A DNA stretch of 64,000 nt from a virus (Duplodnaviria; Caudoviricetes): IMG/VR virus record IMGVR_UViG_2595698902_000001, positions 1 to 64,000 of that record; one strand, given 5' to 3'. The notes beneath the pieces are model-generated. The model worked only from the letters and a program-made list of their open reading frames with translations. It was not told where the DNA came from and ran no database searches. The translations under genes and the position numbers were made by a program. This document shows positions 26,679 through 36,845 of the stretch, one piece after another (positions within the stretch are counted from its first letter, which is position 1; each line of letters begins with the position of its first letter).

Positions 26679-29600
26679 TTATACAAGTCCAGAAAGCGGG
26701 AACAAAATACCCAAGTCATTTACAACCGGGGTCAAATCGTCCAGCTGCGGCATATCGTTTTTACCGCCTCCTTTTCCGCCTCCACCTTTACCACCACCGC
26801 CACCCATAGCAGGCGCGCTAGGCGCAGCGGCGGGAGCAGAATCCGGCGACAACGAAACTTGTTGAACGCTACTAAAATCATCGCGTTGAACAGGCTCTGT
26901 CATTGGTGCGGTGGATACCGGCATAGGCGCGGTTACTGGCGCAGCGCGAGAAACTACCGGAGTATCATTCGAGTAATACGACGGCGAAGCTGGCGAGGTT
27001 TCCGGCGTAAGAGAATTAACCGATCCAACTTCTTTCGGTTTGTACAAATCCTCCGTAGACAAAACATAGTCGCCGGTTGGAGTCGAGCGCATTCCCGGTT
27101 GGCCCATAACAGGCGTCGATTTTTGCGCAGGTTCTACCTTGCTATCGCCGCCAAAAATATTGGTCGCAATGCCAGCAGCACCGTTAACCACGTCACCGAA
27201 CGAAGGCAGGCCAGAACTGAGGCGCGGAATCATTCCAGAAACGCCCGGAATTCGCATCAATTCCCGACCGACTTCGCTGCCACCAATCGCACGGCTAATC
27301 TTGGAATTAATCTCGCCCAATTTACCGTTTACTTCACCCGGCACGCCGCCCATCGAACCCCAGCCAGCCCGCTGACCAATGCGCGTTACTTCGCGAGTAA
27401 TTGCGCGGGTAGTTGGATCAGTTGGCGTTGCAGCTTTGCCAAACGGATTAAGCTTGATATTTCCGCTGATTCGCTTTCCTTGCGATGGCGAAGTTTCAGC
27501 AGTGCGCATACGGATTGGATTTGCTGCGCTACCCGGTCCTGTTTTTCGCACAGGAACTTGGCCGGGAGTGAGCGTGCCGTTTTGTTGCTGCATATGTAAA
27601 TCATACAGCGCTTGCTGCTCTTTCGTCCGGGGCGCGGTCGGGTCCATAGCGTCAACCATCGGTGGCGTTTTTTCCACCGACATTACTTTGGTTTCACCGT
27701 CTGCTTTTTCGTCCTTTTTCTCGACAGGATTCCCTTCCGTTTCCGGTTTAATCAAGCCACCGGAAGCATCGCGATTCGCTGCGGCATCTTCTGGTTTTTT
27801 CTCACCGCCACCCATCGTAGATGTGCCACTAGATTCAGGCGAAGTGGAAACGCCTGTGCCAGTTGGATCGGTTTTCAGCAAACCACCAGTAGGCCCACGC
27901 GGCGCAGCCTCGACACCGCCTTTGGTATTTTCCTCGGCGCCTTTTTTCGCAACTTCTGTGGATTTATCCATTTCTTTTGCGACAGCGGCTTGCATTACCT
28001 GCGGGCTAGAACCGCCAGACTCGGTACTAACGCCACCACCGCCTTTATTTCCGCCACCTGCGCGGATCATTTCTACGTGCCAAGGCTCATTAGAAAGTGG
28101 GCGATGGAAACCGTATTTTTTAAACATGCCGGTCGTTTCCAAAGACTGCGCAGATTTGCGGTCAATGTCGATAGCGAAACCGGATTCATGGCGCGACGTA
28201 CCGGGGCGTGCAACACGCTTGGTATTTCGTCCATATTTTACCCATAATGCTTCCTGCTCCATGCGGGTACGGAAAGCGGATTCGACGTGTACCGTGCCGC
28301 CACTGTTATTCTGCACCCAATCGCCGACCATTGTATAAAAAGCTTGTTTGAATTTTGGATTCAAACCGGCCATATTTACGTTGGAGCTATTCAGGCTTAC
28401 ATGTTTTTGCCCCAGTGCATAAAGCGCACCATCTGCGGGATTTAATTCAGAAGCAGCCGTACCGCCGCCAGCTTCGTCGGAGGAACCGCCACCACCGCCA
28501 CCACCCTGTTGACCGCCACCGCCAGCAGCAGGCATTGCCATAATTCCGACAGTGCCGTTTGAAGCCGGTTGCATTCCGCCGCCTTGCTGTTTGCCGCCAT
28601 ATGCGCCAATCATTTGAGACGAATATTGCGAGCCAATCCCCGAGCCAACTTGCGCAGCAGAACCGGGGCCTTGTTTTTCTTCATTCAGCATCGCAAGAAG
28701 TGCGGCTTTTTCTTCACCCGCACGACGGAAAATACCGTCTTGTTGATCGGCGCTGGCACCGGGGAATTTTTCGCGGACCGAGGCAGCACGCATTTCCTGA
28801 ATGCGCGTGATCATTTCCGCGTCATCCATTTTGGAAATATCGCGGTTGCCGAACGTATCACCCATCAGGCCTTTAGCTTTGCCGGGGCCGTATTGGGTTG
28901 CAACGCTGTAGAACGCTTCCTGCAAAGCACGCGAACGCTGAGAAATATCAACGTCGTATTGCTTCATGAACCACTTGGCAAGCGGGTCATAGTTTTCACG
29001 TTTGATAAAGGCTTTTTGCGCTTGCTCCATGCCTTTACCGTCACGCTCTACAACCTCTTTGTATTTCTTGCTGAACTCTTCGCTGCCCGGCGTCAGACCA
29101 CGGAATTCATTGTAGTATTTACTACCTTCCCCGGAACGCAGGAAGTTAGTCATTCCGCCTTTTTTCGAGTTGAGCTGGTGTGCGCCATACGACACGCCGC
29201 CCGGATCGCCTTTGCCGCTGGAAATGGTGCCGACACCACGGCCACCAGATTCAAATTTTGCAGCAATGGCGCCAAAATCTTCGTGCATGGCCGTCTGACC
29301 AATTGCAACGCCTTTTGCTTTTCCTTTCGCCGTCATCTGATCCAACATGGTATTGTTGGGGTCTTCAAACGGTTTGTGATCATTCAGCCAGTCTTTCGTG
29401 TTCTGCCAACCACGCGAAAGCATTCCCGCATCTTTCTTTTCGTATACGTGGTTTTCACGCATAGCCTCAATCACTTTGCCGCCGAACAAACCGACGCCAA
29501 GTGTAAGCAACGGCAGAAGTGCGCTACCTCCAGCCAAACGCCCGCCCATACCAACCAGACGACCACCAATACCTTGCAGTTTTGGTTTAGGTGCATTGCG

Positions 29601-30185
29601 CATGAAACGCCCACGCTTATCACGCGGCTGGCGACTAGCTCTATCGCGTGCAATGTCACGGCGCTTTTGTCGCATTTCATCCAGCAAAGAACGTTGACGC
29701 TCGGCAGGTGTAGGTCCGTTATCTACGCGTTTAAACTCACCTTCGTAAGTATTGCCCTTACGCTCCTGCACTTTTGGGACAGGTTTTGTCGCTTCGCGTT
29801 TCATGAATTCCGCTAGGCGTTCGACCACATCGGAAATGTCACGCGTGGCCTGAATCTGTTCCTGCATCAAACCGGATTGCTGCATGAGCAAATTGGATTG
29901 CTGGCGCGTGGCTACGGCCTGCGATTTAATTACCTGTGTTTGTCCATCAATCGCGTCGGCCTGCTTGTCTTGCGAGCTGGTAGAAACGTTGGATTTCTTA
30001 CCGCCCGCGCCAGCAGTGTAAGCGTGCTTTTTCTGCTCGCTAAATTTTACGTCTTCTTCATCGGCGCGAATGTGTGCGTGCTGCATCAGACGTGGGCGGG
30101 ATTCCCCGCCGACACGACTTTTTTCGGGCGCCTTTTGTGAACCGTGGCGGTCCACGATTTTATCCAGCTCTTCAAGCGCAGCCAT
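26679..30185 (-). CDS. tape-measure/tail lysin with VgrG3-type muramidase and M15 peptidase domains
   Basis: FESGGRG...GKGDPGGVSYGAHQL; SAFRT..EQ..L...ARPGTSRHESGFAIDI...EPWHVE; N-terminal coiled coil and hydrophobic segment. Confidence 0.8.
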   Translation of the reverse strand: MAALEELDKIVDRHGSQKAPEKSRVGGESRPRLMQHAHIRADEEDVKFSEQKKHAYTAGAGGKKSNVSTSSQDKQADAIDGQTQVIKSQAVATRQQSNLLMQQSGLMQEQIQATRDISDVVERLAEFMKREATKPVPKVQERKGNTYEGEFKRVDNGPTPAERQRSLLDEMRQKRRDIARDRASRQPRDKRGRFMRNAPKPKLQGIGGRLVGMGGRLAGGSALLPLLTLGVGLFGGKVIEAMRENHVYEKKDAGMLSRGWQNTKDWLNDHKPFEDPNNTMLDQMTAKGKAKGVAIGQTAMHEDFGAIAAKFESGGRGVGTISSGKGDPGGVSYGAHQLNSKKGGMTNFLRSGEGSKYYNEFRGLTPGSEEFSKKYKEVVERDGKGMEQAQKAFIKRENYDPLAKWFMKQYDVDISQRSRALQEAFYSVATQYGPGKAKGLMGDTFGNRDISKMDDAEMITRIQEMRAASVREKFPGASADQQDGIFRRAGEEKAALLAMLNEEKQGPGSAAQVGSGIGSQYSSQMIGAYGGKQQGGGMQPASNGTVGIMAMPAAGGGGQQGGGGGGGSSDEAGGGTAASELNPADGALYALGQKHVSLNSSNVNMAGLNPKFKQAFYTMVGDWVQNNSGGTVHVESAFRTRMEQEALWVKYGRNTKRVARPGTSRHESGFAIDIDRKSAQSLETTGMFKKYGFHRPLSNEPWHVEMIRAGGGNKGGGGVSTESGGSSPQVMQAAVAKEMDKSTEVAKKGAEENTKGGVEAAPRGPTGGLLKTDPTGTGVSTSPESSGTSTMGGGEKKPEDAAANRDASGGLIKPETEGNPVEKKDEKADGETKVMSVEKTPPMVDAMDPTAPRTKEQQALYDLHMQQQNGTLTPGQVPVRKTGPGSAANPIRMRTAETSPSQGKRISGNIKLNPFGKAATPTDPTTRAITREVTRIGQRAGWGSMGGVPGEVNGKLGEINSKISRAIGGSEVGRELMRIPGVSGMIPRLSSGLPSFGDVVNGAAGIATNIFGGDSKVEPAQKSTPVMGQPGMRSTPTGDYVLSTEDLYKPKEVGSVNSLTPETSPASPSYYSNDTPVVSRAAPVTAPMPVSTAPMTEPVQRDDFSSVQQVSLSPDSAPAAAPSAPAMGGGGGKGGGGKGGGKNDMPQLDDLTPVVNDLGILFPLSGLV

Positions 30186-30191
30186 AGACTG

Positions 30192-31166
30192 TTACCTTTT
30201 GCGCGGTGTGCCTAGAATCGGATTTGCGGCTTGTCGCTGGTTAATCTTTTGCTGTTCCTCTTTGCGTGCCTGCGCCAGCGTCTGGTGCAAGTACAGGAAC
30301 ATACGAACCGGCGTATTCAAATCCGTGGCAACGTGGAATTGTGACATGAGGTTATACATCATGTTGTACACGTCTTTTTCGGTGTTGTCCGCAAAGAACT
30401 TGAGCATCGACGGGCTAGATTCGTGCATCATGATATTGCCGCATTTGGAGCAGCGCAGACGCACGACTTCGGTAACGCCGTGGAAATACTTGTCTTTGAG
30501 TTTTTCGATATCCTGAAAAAGCGTCATATCTGGCTGGGCCAGCAGGTACGCCAGCTTGGCCCTGAACGTCTTGCCGGATTTCACCCAGCGCGCCAGCTCG
30601 CCCACGTATTTCATGCGTGGATTGTCACCGACATATTCGTAAAAATCGGTAAGCGTCCCGACTCTAGGAAAATCGATTTGCGGGTGCTGGATTTTATTGT
30701 CGTCGTCTTCCAGTGTCGTAACTTTTGTCGAGGTCTGGTGTACCGTTTCGACTTGGTGATAGCCGCAAGGTTTCAGCACGTAGCCTAATCGCTTGGCATC
30801 CGCTGCGCTCATGCCCGGTCCGATTTTCCCGGCGTCGTTTGTGTAGACTTTATTCATGCAGGTATATTCTGCGCGAACCGGAACTTCGGGGAAGGAACGT
30901 TTGCGCAAATGCGCCATAACCAACATGAAATCGCCGTCGGTTAACTGATTCACGTCCACGCTACAAGCCATCTGCACCGCACGAATGATATGCTGGTGCG
31001 GACGGGTCCGCGCAGCCATACCTGTGTGCAACAAATGCAATTCCTTTACGAGAAATTCACGTAGGTAGATACGATCAAAATCGTAGGAATCGTTGTATGC
31101 AGGATTTCCGGTAGCCAAGTCACCAATGTCGGAATAAAGCGCGTCAAGTTCGGCATGTTTATTCAT
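30192..31166 (-). CDS. baseplate hub/tail assembly chaperone (gp26-like)
   Basis: LTDGDF...LR..S; FPRV; C-terminal CSKC; paralog of 31173..31961. Confidence 0.55.
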   Translation of the reverse strand: MNKHAELDALYSDIGDLATGNPAYNDSYDFDRIYLREFLVKELHLLHTGMAARTRPHQHIIRAVQMACSVDVNQLTDGDFMLVMAHLRKRSFPEVPVRAEYTCMNKVYTNDAGKIGPGMSAADAKRLGYVLKPCGYHQVETVHQTSTKVTTLEDDDNKIQHPQIDFPRVGTLTDFYEYVGDNPRMKYVGELARWVKSGKTFRAKLAYLLAQPDMTLFQDIEKLKDKYFHGVTEVVRLRCSKCGNIMMHESSPSMLKFFADNTEKDVYNMMYNLMSQFHVATDLNTPVRMFLYLHQTLAQARKEEQQKINQRQAANPILGTPRKR

Positions 31167-31172
31167 AACCTA

Positions 31173-31961
31173 TCACACGAAGAAAGAATGGGCGTCGATT
31201 ACCGCGTCGAATGGGTAAAGCGAAGTGCAAGTCGGGCACTCTTTGTAGACGCGCTGCATGATGCCGTGGTCGTACAGGAAATGGGCGCGGCTCGCTTTGT
31301 CGAACAGCTCCATATCAATTTCATCGCGGTCCAATTTGGTCAGGCGTTCATGCAGAGTTTTGCCCTCTTTAATGTACGCGACAGGTCCGATTACTTTGCC
31401 GTAGCGCTTGTCGGAACCGAGGTCCAGATATTCGACAAGGTGGCGCACGCGTGGATAATCCAGAGCGTCATCGATTGGCGTTTCATCCATTTCTTTTACG
31501 CTGAAATCTTCAAACGTTACGAACTGGTGGTTGTGCGCCGTGCAATCGACTTCGGTAAGGATCAGCTTGGCCGGGTCTTCCATCAGCGTTTCAGCTTCGG
31601 TGCCCTGAGCTTCGTCGAATTGCTTACGCATATTTTCGATTTCAGCGATGTTGAGAATGCCGCCAGTGTCTTTGCGTTTGAACAGCACGCCGTCACATTC
31701 CCAGTCGGCATAAATCGGGAGGTCGCGAGAATTGAAACGCAGCCACGTCAGGATATAGAAAAAATCTCCGTGAGTGAGCTGCATTACATCGAAGTCCATA
31801 ACCTGCCCCACGGCTTCGATCAGCGGCGCGTGGTTTTTGGTGTAAATCGCCTCAGACAAATAAGGCATGTGCTTTGGCCGGAACGGATTTACTTCGATAT
31901 GCTTGGAGGCATACGGAATCATGCGCGACGGCAGATTAGAACTATCGAATTTCATAAACAC
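31173..31961 (-). CDS. baseplate hub assembly protein (gp26-like)
   Basis: LPSR..PY; LTHGDFFYIL..LR..S; CPTC; ends FFV. Confidence 0.6.
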   Translation of the reverse strand: MFMKFDSSNLPSRMIPYASKHIEVNPFRPKHMPYLSEAIYTKNHAPLIEAVGQVMDFDVMQLTHGDFFYILTWLRFNSRDLPIYADWECDGVLFKRKDTGGILNIAEIENMRKQFDEAQGTEAETLMEDPAKLILTEVDCTAHNHQFVTFEDFSVKEMDETPIDDALDYPRVRHLVEYLDLGSDKRYGKVIGPVAYIKEGKTLHERLTKLDRDEIDMELFDKASRAHFLYDHGIMQRVYKECPTCTSLYPFDAVIDAHSFFV

Positions 31962-31965
31962 CCCG

Positions 31966-32469
31966 TTAGGAATAAATCACGTTGTCAATCGCGAAGTTTT
32001 GTTGAATTTTGAGGGCCTGCCCGCCGTTGTTAACCAGCTGAATCGGGCTAGTCGTCGTAGGCCACACGTCTTGCAACTCGGCGGTAAGAATCGGCGTATC
32101 AGTTGTACGTCCGTCAGTCAGCGCAAATTTCATTGGTCTTTTGTATTCGCCCGGCAGCGAGTAAACGCCTGTATCCGGGTCCATAATTTTATTGCGCCAG
32201 TCTTGAACGTATTTGAAACTACGCATGGAAACGTCTTCATAAAAGGTAATGTCAAATGCAGCCAATTCCCGAAAGCCGGGGAACTGCACAAAACGACCAG
32301 CCATGAAAAACGGTTTCATGTTGATAGATGGTACAGGCAGCGTCACCGTCTCGACATACGAAGGCTCGAAATCAAACGGTAATTCCACACAATACCAATA
32401 CATGTCCAGCATCGGCGAGCGGTCGCCGGACCGTTTGCCAATGAGTTCTTCCAGTGTGAGTATTGGCAT
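31966..32469 (-). CDS. tail tube-like protein
   Basis: ITFYED...DW...I.DP.TG...LP..YK...L..VWPT (gp19/gp54-like). Confidence 0.65.
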   Translation of the reverse strand: MPILTLEELIGKRSGDRSPMLDMYWYCVELPFDFEPSYVETVTLPVPSINMKPFFMAGRFVQFPGFRELAAFDITFYEDVSMRSFKYVQDWRNKIMDPDTGVYSLPGEYKRPMKFALTDGRTTDTPILTAELQDVWPTTTSPIQLVNNGGQALKIQQNFAIDNVIYS

Positions 32470-32490
32470 ATTTTCTTCCTGCAACAAGCG

Positions 32491-32525
32491 AAAAAAGCCC
32501 AATGCGTAAAACGCACCGGGCTTTT
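32491..32525 (-). terminator. intrinsic terminator after major tail tube
   Basis: AAAAAAGCCC...GGGCTTTT. Confidence 0.7.
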
Positions 32526-32530
32526 GTGAA

Positions 32531-33043
32531 TCAGAGCACGCGTTCTACGTAACCGTAGGCAAACGTGGCATCTTGGCGCAGTGCTTGACCGCCCGCACCC
32601 TCGAATTGGTATTCGCCAATTTCGGTAGGGAACATTCGGTGAATATTCCACTTCGCAGCGTCCGCACCGGTTTGGTCAAACACGGTAAATTCCGCAGTAC
32701 GCATGTAATCGTCGTGGAAGCCACCAGTCTGAGTCGCGGTAGCACGGCCAACCGACGCCCAAGATTTGAGCTGGTTGTAAGTACGACCGTCGTAAACTTC
32801 GTGGTAGGCAATGTTCATGCTGTGAGTGAAAGTCTTACGACCTGCAAACAGCAATTTGTGACCGAACAATTCCACTTCAACAGGGTTGAGGGAAGCGCCC
32901 GGCAGCGAAGCGCTCAAGCATTTGATACGGAGTTCGGCACCGTCGTTGAATTCGCCCGGAATATCAGTGAACAAAAGTTCAAAGTTATCGTTCAGCATCG
33001 GGTCGAGCAACGAGTAGGCTTCTTCCAATGTTACTTTAGGCAT
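32531..33043 (-). CDS. tail tube protein (T4 gp19-like)
   Basis: C.SASLPG...FAGRKTF...FPTEIG...F.Y; directly after sheath. Confidence 0.8.
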   Translation of the reverse strand: MPKVTLEEAYSLLDPMLNDNFELLFTDIPGEFNDGAELRIKCLSASLPGASLNPVEVELFGHKLLFAGRKTFTHSMNIAYHEVYDGRTYNQLKSWASVGRATATQTGGFHDDYMRTAEFTVFDQTGADAAKWNIHRMFPTEIGEYQFEGAGGQALRQDATFAYGYVERVL

Positions 33044-33057
33044 AAGTCACCTGTCCG

Positions 33058-34650
33058 TTAGGAGTTAAGAGCCAATTCGATTGCGGTGTTAATGTCACCA
33101 GTTTGCGCAACGGTTGCGGTAAACAGAATCCGCTTGGCATAACGCGTCGGCTGGATAATGTAAACGAGGCAAACGTCACCATTCGCAACTTGTTCTGGCG
33201 GGTTAGTGGTCTTATCGCAAATCACTTTGGAGAAGTACACACCCTGCGCACGCTTGATCGGTTCAAGAATACGCTCCACCACACCGCGCAATTGCGCCCA
33301 CAGGAATTCGTCGTTTGGATCGAACAGGCCGACCAATACGTCGTACTTCGCAGTGGTTTCAATCATGTTAATCAGGCGGCGAACAGGAACGTCCTGCAAT
33401 GGCGATTTTTGCGATTGAAGTGTTTGAGCACCCCACACGCAGAAGCCATACGAGGCCTGATAGTGAATCATGTTGATTTGGTTCTGGTCGAGAATGTTGC
33501 GCTCGGGCAGAGAGTAGCGATGACGCACGCCGCTAATATCTTCGATAACGCCACGATTCACACCAGCCGGTGCCCAAAATACGTCTTTGTCTCGGTCGGA
33601 CTGCGCGTAGACCGCAGCAATCGCACCGGAACATGGAACGTAAATTTCTTGGTTATCGTCGGTGCGTTCCAGAATGTCAGAGCAATACATAGCCGCAAAG
33701 CTAGAATTGCTGTTCAGAACGTTACGGCGATAATCAACAGCACGCGCAACGGTTTGCAGATCGGAAGGAATATCGAGAATTGCAGTGCAATCGCGACGGC
33801 CTTCTGCCAGAGCAATCATGGCCTGATGCACACCAGCGTCGGCATAACCGGCGTTGATCAAAATGCGCAGCTCAAAATCGTCTTCGTTGTCGAACTGTTC
33901 CCAACCGTCGATGATTTGCCCGGCGTGCGCTTTCGCGCCGTTAGTGCCGTAGGAAAGATCAACCTGCACAATCGCGTTAATCAAACGAGCGGCACCATTG
34001 GAACGAACATATTCCGGGTGATTTTCGTTGATCTTTAGGCGAATGCGAGAATCAGCCGCTTCCAGCTGATAGGCGATGTTGGTTTGTTGGTTAAAACCAG
34101 AAGTTTTATCACGCAGAGTACCCCGGTAGGTTTCGACCGGAACGCTCATGTTGGTTTCAAAAACTTGCAGCCAGAAAAGTTCGTTTTCTACGTCGTTCAC
34201 ATCCGGGTACATCAGGACGCGAATGCCGTTGTTCCACTCGCCGGGGTTTGCCCCGTAAATGAAAAGAATTTCTTCTGGAATCTGGTTGTGCTCAGTCGGG
34301 TCCAAATAGCCTTGGGTTGCCGCGTGAGGAACTGCAAAACCTTCAACGGTACGCACAGAGGCGTTACCGTATTCGGCGCCAGTATCAACGCGCAGGAACC
34401 ACAAACGTTGCGACTTTTTCAGGAACCGCTCAGCTGCGAAATGCGCAAAAGTCAGGGACGGATCGCGAAGGCCAAATTTTGCGCGGAATTCTTCTTTGCT
34501 TGTGGTAAGCACAGGAATGCCAACGGGGCCGCGATTCGATTCACCAACAATTGCCCCAGTAGACGGGTAGGTAGTGGTTGCAGAAATTGCATTATTCCGC
34601 TCCCCACCGTACACGCCAGACGACGTGTTACTGCCGTTCTGTAATGGCAT
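33058..34650 (-). CDS. tail sheath protein 1
   Basis: SGVY..E, G...RGP, NPGEW, WAPAG..RG, WGAQT, VRRL, CD...N. Confidence 0.9.
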   Translation of the reverse strand: MPLQNGSNTSSGVYGGERNNAISATTTYPSTGAIVGESNRGPVGIPVLTTSKEEFRAKFGLRDPSLTFAHFAAERFLKKSQRLWFLRVDTGAEYGNASVRTVEGFAVPHAATQGYLDPTEHNQIPEEILFIYGANPGEWNNGIRVLMYPDVNDVENELFWLQVFETNMSVPVETYRGTLRDKTSGFNQQTNIAYQLEAADSRIRLKINENHPEYVRSNGAARLINAIVQVDLSYGTNGAKAHAGQIIDGWEQFDNEDDFELRILINAGYADAGVHQAMIALAEGRRDCTAILDIPSDLQTVARAVDYRRNVLNSNSSFAAMYCSDILERTDDNQEIYVPCSGAIAAVYAQSDRDKDVFWAPAGVNRGVIEDISGVRHRYSLPERNILDQNQINMIHYQASYGFCVWGAQTLQSQKSPLQDVPVRRLINMIETTAKYDVLVGLFDPNDEFLWAQLRGVVERILEPIKRAQGVYFSKVICDKTTNPPEQVANGDVCLVYIIQPTRYAKRILFTATVAQTGDINTAIELALNS

Positions 34651-34703
34651 CGTGGAATCTCCATTGAATCGAAATCCTAACGGTTGCTAGGATTATTAAT
34701 AAA

Positions 34704-36065
34704 TTACGCTTTTACCACAGTACAACGAACAGGTTTATCCGACATGAGTTTGATCGTCCCGGCAAAGCTGCCGTTCAAGAAAAAATGACCATTTACTGTC
34801 AGCACAACCGGGGCGCTAGCCACGACGCCGTTGTCTTTTACTACCGGGTTTTCGCAGTCCTGTTCGGGCATCACAACATGCAAAGATTTCTGCACGCGAG
34901 GATTATCCAGAGTTCCGCCGTACTGCACGACCAACGTGTGCCCCGGCAGACCGATACCCGCAATGTTTTCCACAATGTAATGATAGCGACCGCTGTACGG
35001 ATACGCCTCTTCCATTGGAACGTGCGTAACCATTCCGGTATTTTGGTTGCGGATTTGAACGAGCGGGCCGTCAGGCATATCGTCGTCGCGCAACGTCAGA
35101 TAAAACGGTTTCGATATCAGCTGCTGATCAATGAAATCCAGCGTAGGCACAGTCAGGCCCAGCGCATCAGCAACTTTGAATTCCTTCACAATTTGCACAA
35201 CGTTATTAAACACGTCGCGCCCATCGGTGACGATCTTGAAAGCATCGCCTTCCTGCACTGCAAAAGAGTTAGGGCCATCTGTAGCGCCAAGGTGAATCGG
35301 CGCCTTATTAAACAGCACAATATCCTTGCTCACGCCGCTGGTAACGTTTGTCACTACAGCTTTATTCGACACAGGATTCTGCACATTGAAATTCAGGTAC
35401 GAATCAAACGGAATCGTATCAGGCGCGTCGATCACCGTTTCTTTGAATGCCAGCTCGACAGGCACGTCTACTGTCACTTCACGCGAGGCGCCATTTGCCG
35501 CATACGCTTCGTTGTAGAAGAAACGCAGAATGTCGTCTTTGCGGCAGTACATCACGCCGTCGAAATCCACGCCTTTTGCGTCGTCGTTTTGCGTGGGCAG
35601 ATAACCCTGATACTCGCCTTGATTTACGCGCTGAATATCAAACTCTTCTGTCTCACCGGTACGCATGTTCATGGCGGAAACTTTGAGAGGCGCAGCCGTG
35701 AAAATATCTTTGTCAGTTACTTTCACTTCGACAAAGCGCGAGGCATACGCTGTGCCGACTTCCATTACCGCATCATGGAAAACCTGTTCTGAATTGGACG
35801 GGGCCGCAGGCATTAAACCGTGGCTGACCAATTCAATAGTAATCGGATGCGGGCATTGGATTGAAACGATGTTGTGTACGTCTACCAGCGTGTAAGGACG
35901 CTCGGGAGAAACCACGAAATCTTTTTGCTCTAATTCGACTTCGGTGATTTTGGTAGCGACACTGAATGCGTTCACAGCAGTTCGACGCACACGATCTACC
36001 GTGAATTGCCGCATTTCCGTGACAATTGTTTTTGCCAACGGGCGGTAAACTTGAGGTGTTTTCAT
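34704..36065 (-). CDS. virion structural protein (Ig-like/beta-rich)
   Basis: Position between neck and sheath genes; beta-strand pattern. Confidence 0.55.
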   Translation of the reverse strand: MKTPQVYRPLAKTIVTEMRQFTVDRVRRTAVNAFSVATKITEVELEQKDFVVSPERPYTLVDVHNIVSIQCPHPITIELVSHGLMPAAPSNSEQVFHDAVMEVGTAYASRFVEVKVTDKDIFTAAPLKVSAMNMRTGETEEFDIQRVNQGEYQGYLPTQNDDAKGVDFDGVMYCRKDDILRFFYNEAYAANGASREVTVDVPVELAFKETVIDAPDTIPFDSYLNFNVQNPVSNKAVVTNVTSGVSKDIVLFNKAPIHLGATDGPNSFAVQEGDAFKIVTDGRDVFNNVVQIVKEFKVADALGLTVPTLDFIDQQLISKPFYLTLRDDDMPDGPLVQIRNQNTGMVTHVPMEEAYPYSGRYHYIVENIAGIGLPGHTLVVQYGGTLDNPRVQKSLHVVMPEQDCENPVVKDNGVVASAPVVLTVNGHFFLNGSFAGTIKLMSDKPVRCTVVKA

Positions 36066-36787
36066 TACACGTCGTCCGCTGTTTGAATGATGGATGTTTC
36101 TTCGTCTACAACGTTGCCCTCATGGTCAACAATGAGACTGTTAAATTCAACTTCGCCACGGTTGTTAACCTTGGAGATTTTCCGCTCGATACCGGTCCAT
36201 GTGCTCGTATGGCAATTAATCACCAGATCGAATGCTTCTGGTTCGGCTTCGTTGTCCTTGTCGGCACGCGGCAGCTGAATTTCTTTTGTGTCAGTGGTAA
36301 TGTCGAGGAACGACGACGGCAAACCACTTTTGATCTTGACGTTGAGCACTTTGGAATCAAACAAAATCAACGCTTCGCCGATGAAGCGAATGGCGTCGAA
36401 ATAATCGTTTGTAACGTAGTGGAATTCGTACTGCAAAGTGACGGGGAAATAATGCAGGCTGGTCAGCGTGCTATTCGATCCGTCTACAACGTGTCCAACG
36501 CCCCGGCGTCTCAGTGTAGGCCCGGACATTCCACCTTCTGTTTTCGCAATGCTGGTCATGCTCACATACGCATACGGATATTCCGGTTGCGCAGAAGCAC
36601 GCATTATTTGCTTAACGTCGTTGTTGTGAACAAACGGTAAATCTTTCAGCTTAAAAAACTTTTTCAGCGATGCCCGAATTGCAGCAAAGCTCAGATGCAA
36701 GTGCGTCTGTTTGAAGCTGTGGTTCCCGAACAAATCTCGCTCACGCATGGCAGCGCGCAGCGACGGAGAAACTGCCGTATCAGACAT
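36065..36787 (-). CDS. neck/tail completion protein (gp15-like)
   Basis: YPYAY...PVTLQYEF.Y pattern and position; start re-assigned to MSDTAV. Confidence 0.5.
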   Translation of the reverse strand: MSDTAVSPSLRAAMRERDLFGNHSFKQTHLHLSFAAIRASLKKFFKLKDLPFVHNNDVKQIMRASAQPEYPYAYVSMTSIAKTEGGMSGPTLRRRGVGHVVDGSNSTLTSLHYFPVTLQYEFHYVTNDYFDAIRFIGEALILFDSKVLNVKIKSGLPSSFLDITTDTKEIQLPRADKDNEAEPEAFDLVINCHTSTWTGIERKISKVNNRGEVEFNSLIVDHEGNVVDEETSIIQTADDV

Positions 36788-36806
36788 TTTTTGGACTCCA
36801 GAAAGC

Positions 36807-36843
36807 AAAAAAGGCCGTCGTGATTTCTCACAAGCGGCCTTTT
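36807..36843 (-). terminator. intrinsic terminator
   Basis: AAAAAAGGCCG...CGGCCTTTT. Confidence 0.7.
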
Positions 36844-36845
36844 CG

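Noticed and set aside
30192-31961. Classical tail-chaperone G/GT frameshift before the tape measure gene
   Set aside because: Both ORFs have their own ATG and spacing, and I saw no slippery heptamer at the junction
24340-34650. T6SS / eCIS / tailocin locus
   Set aside because: Sheath, tube and VgrG-like genes are linked to capsid, scaffold, protease and phage replication genes, so this is a myovirus tail
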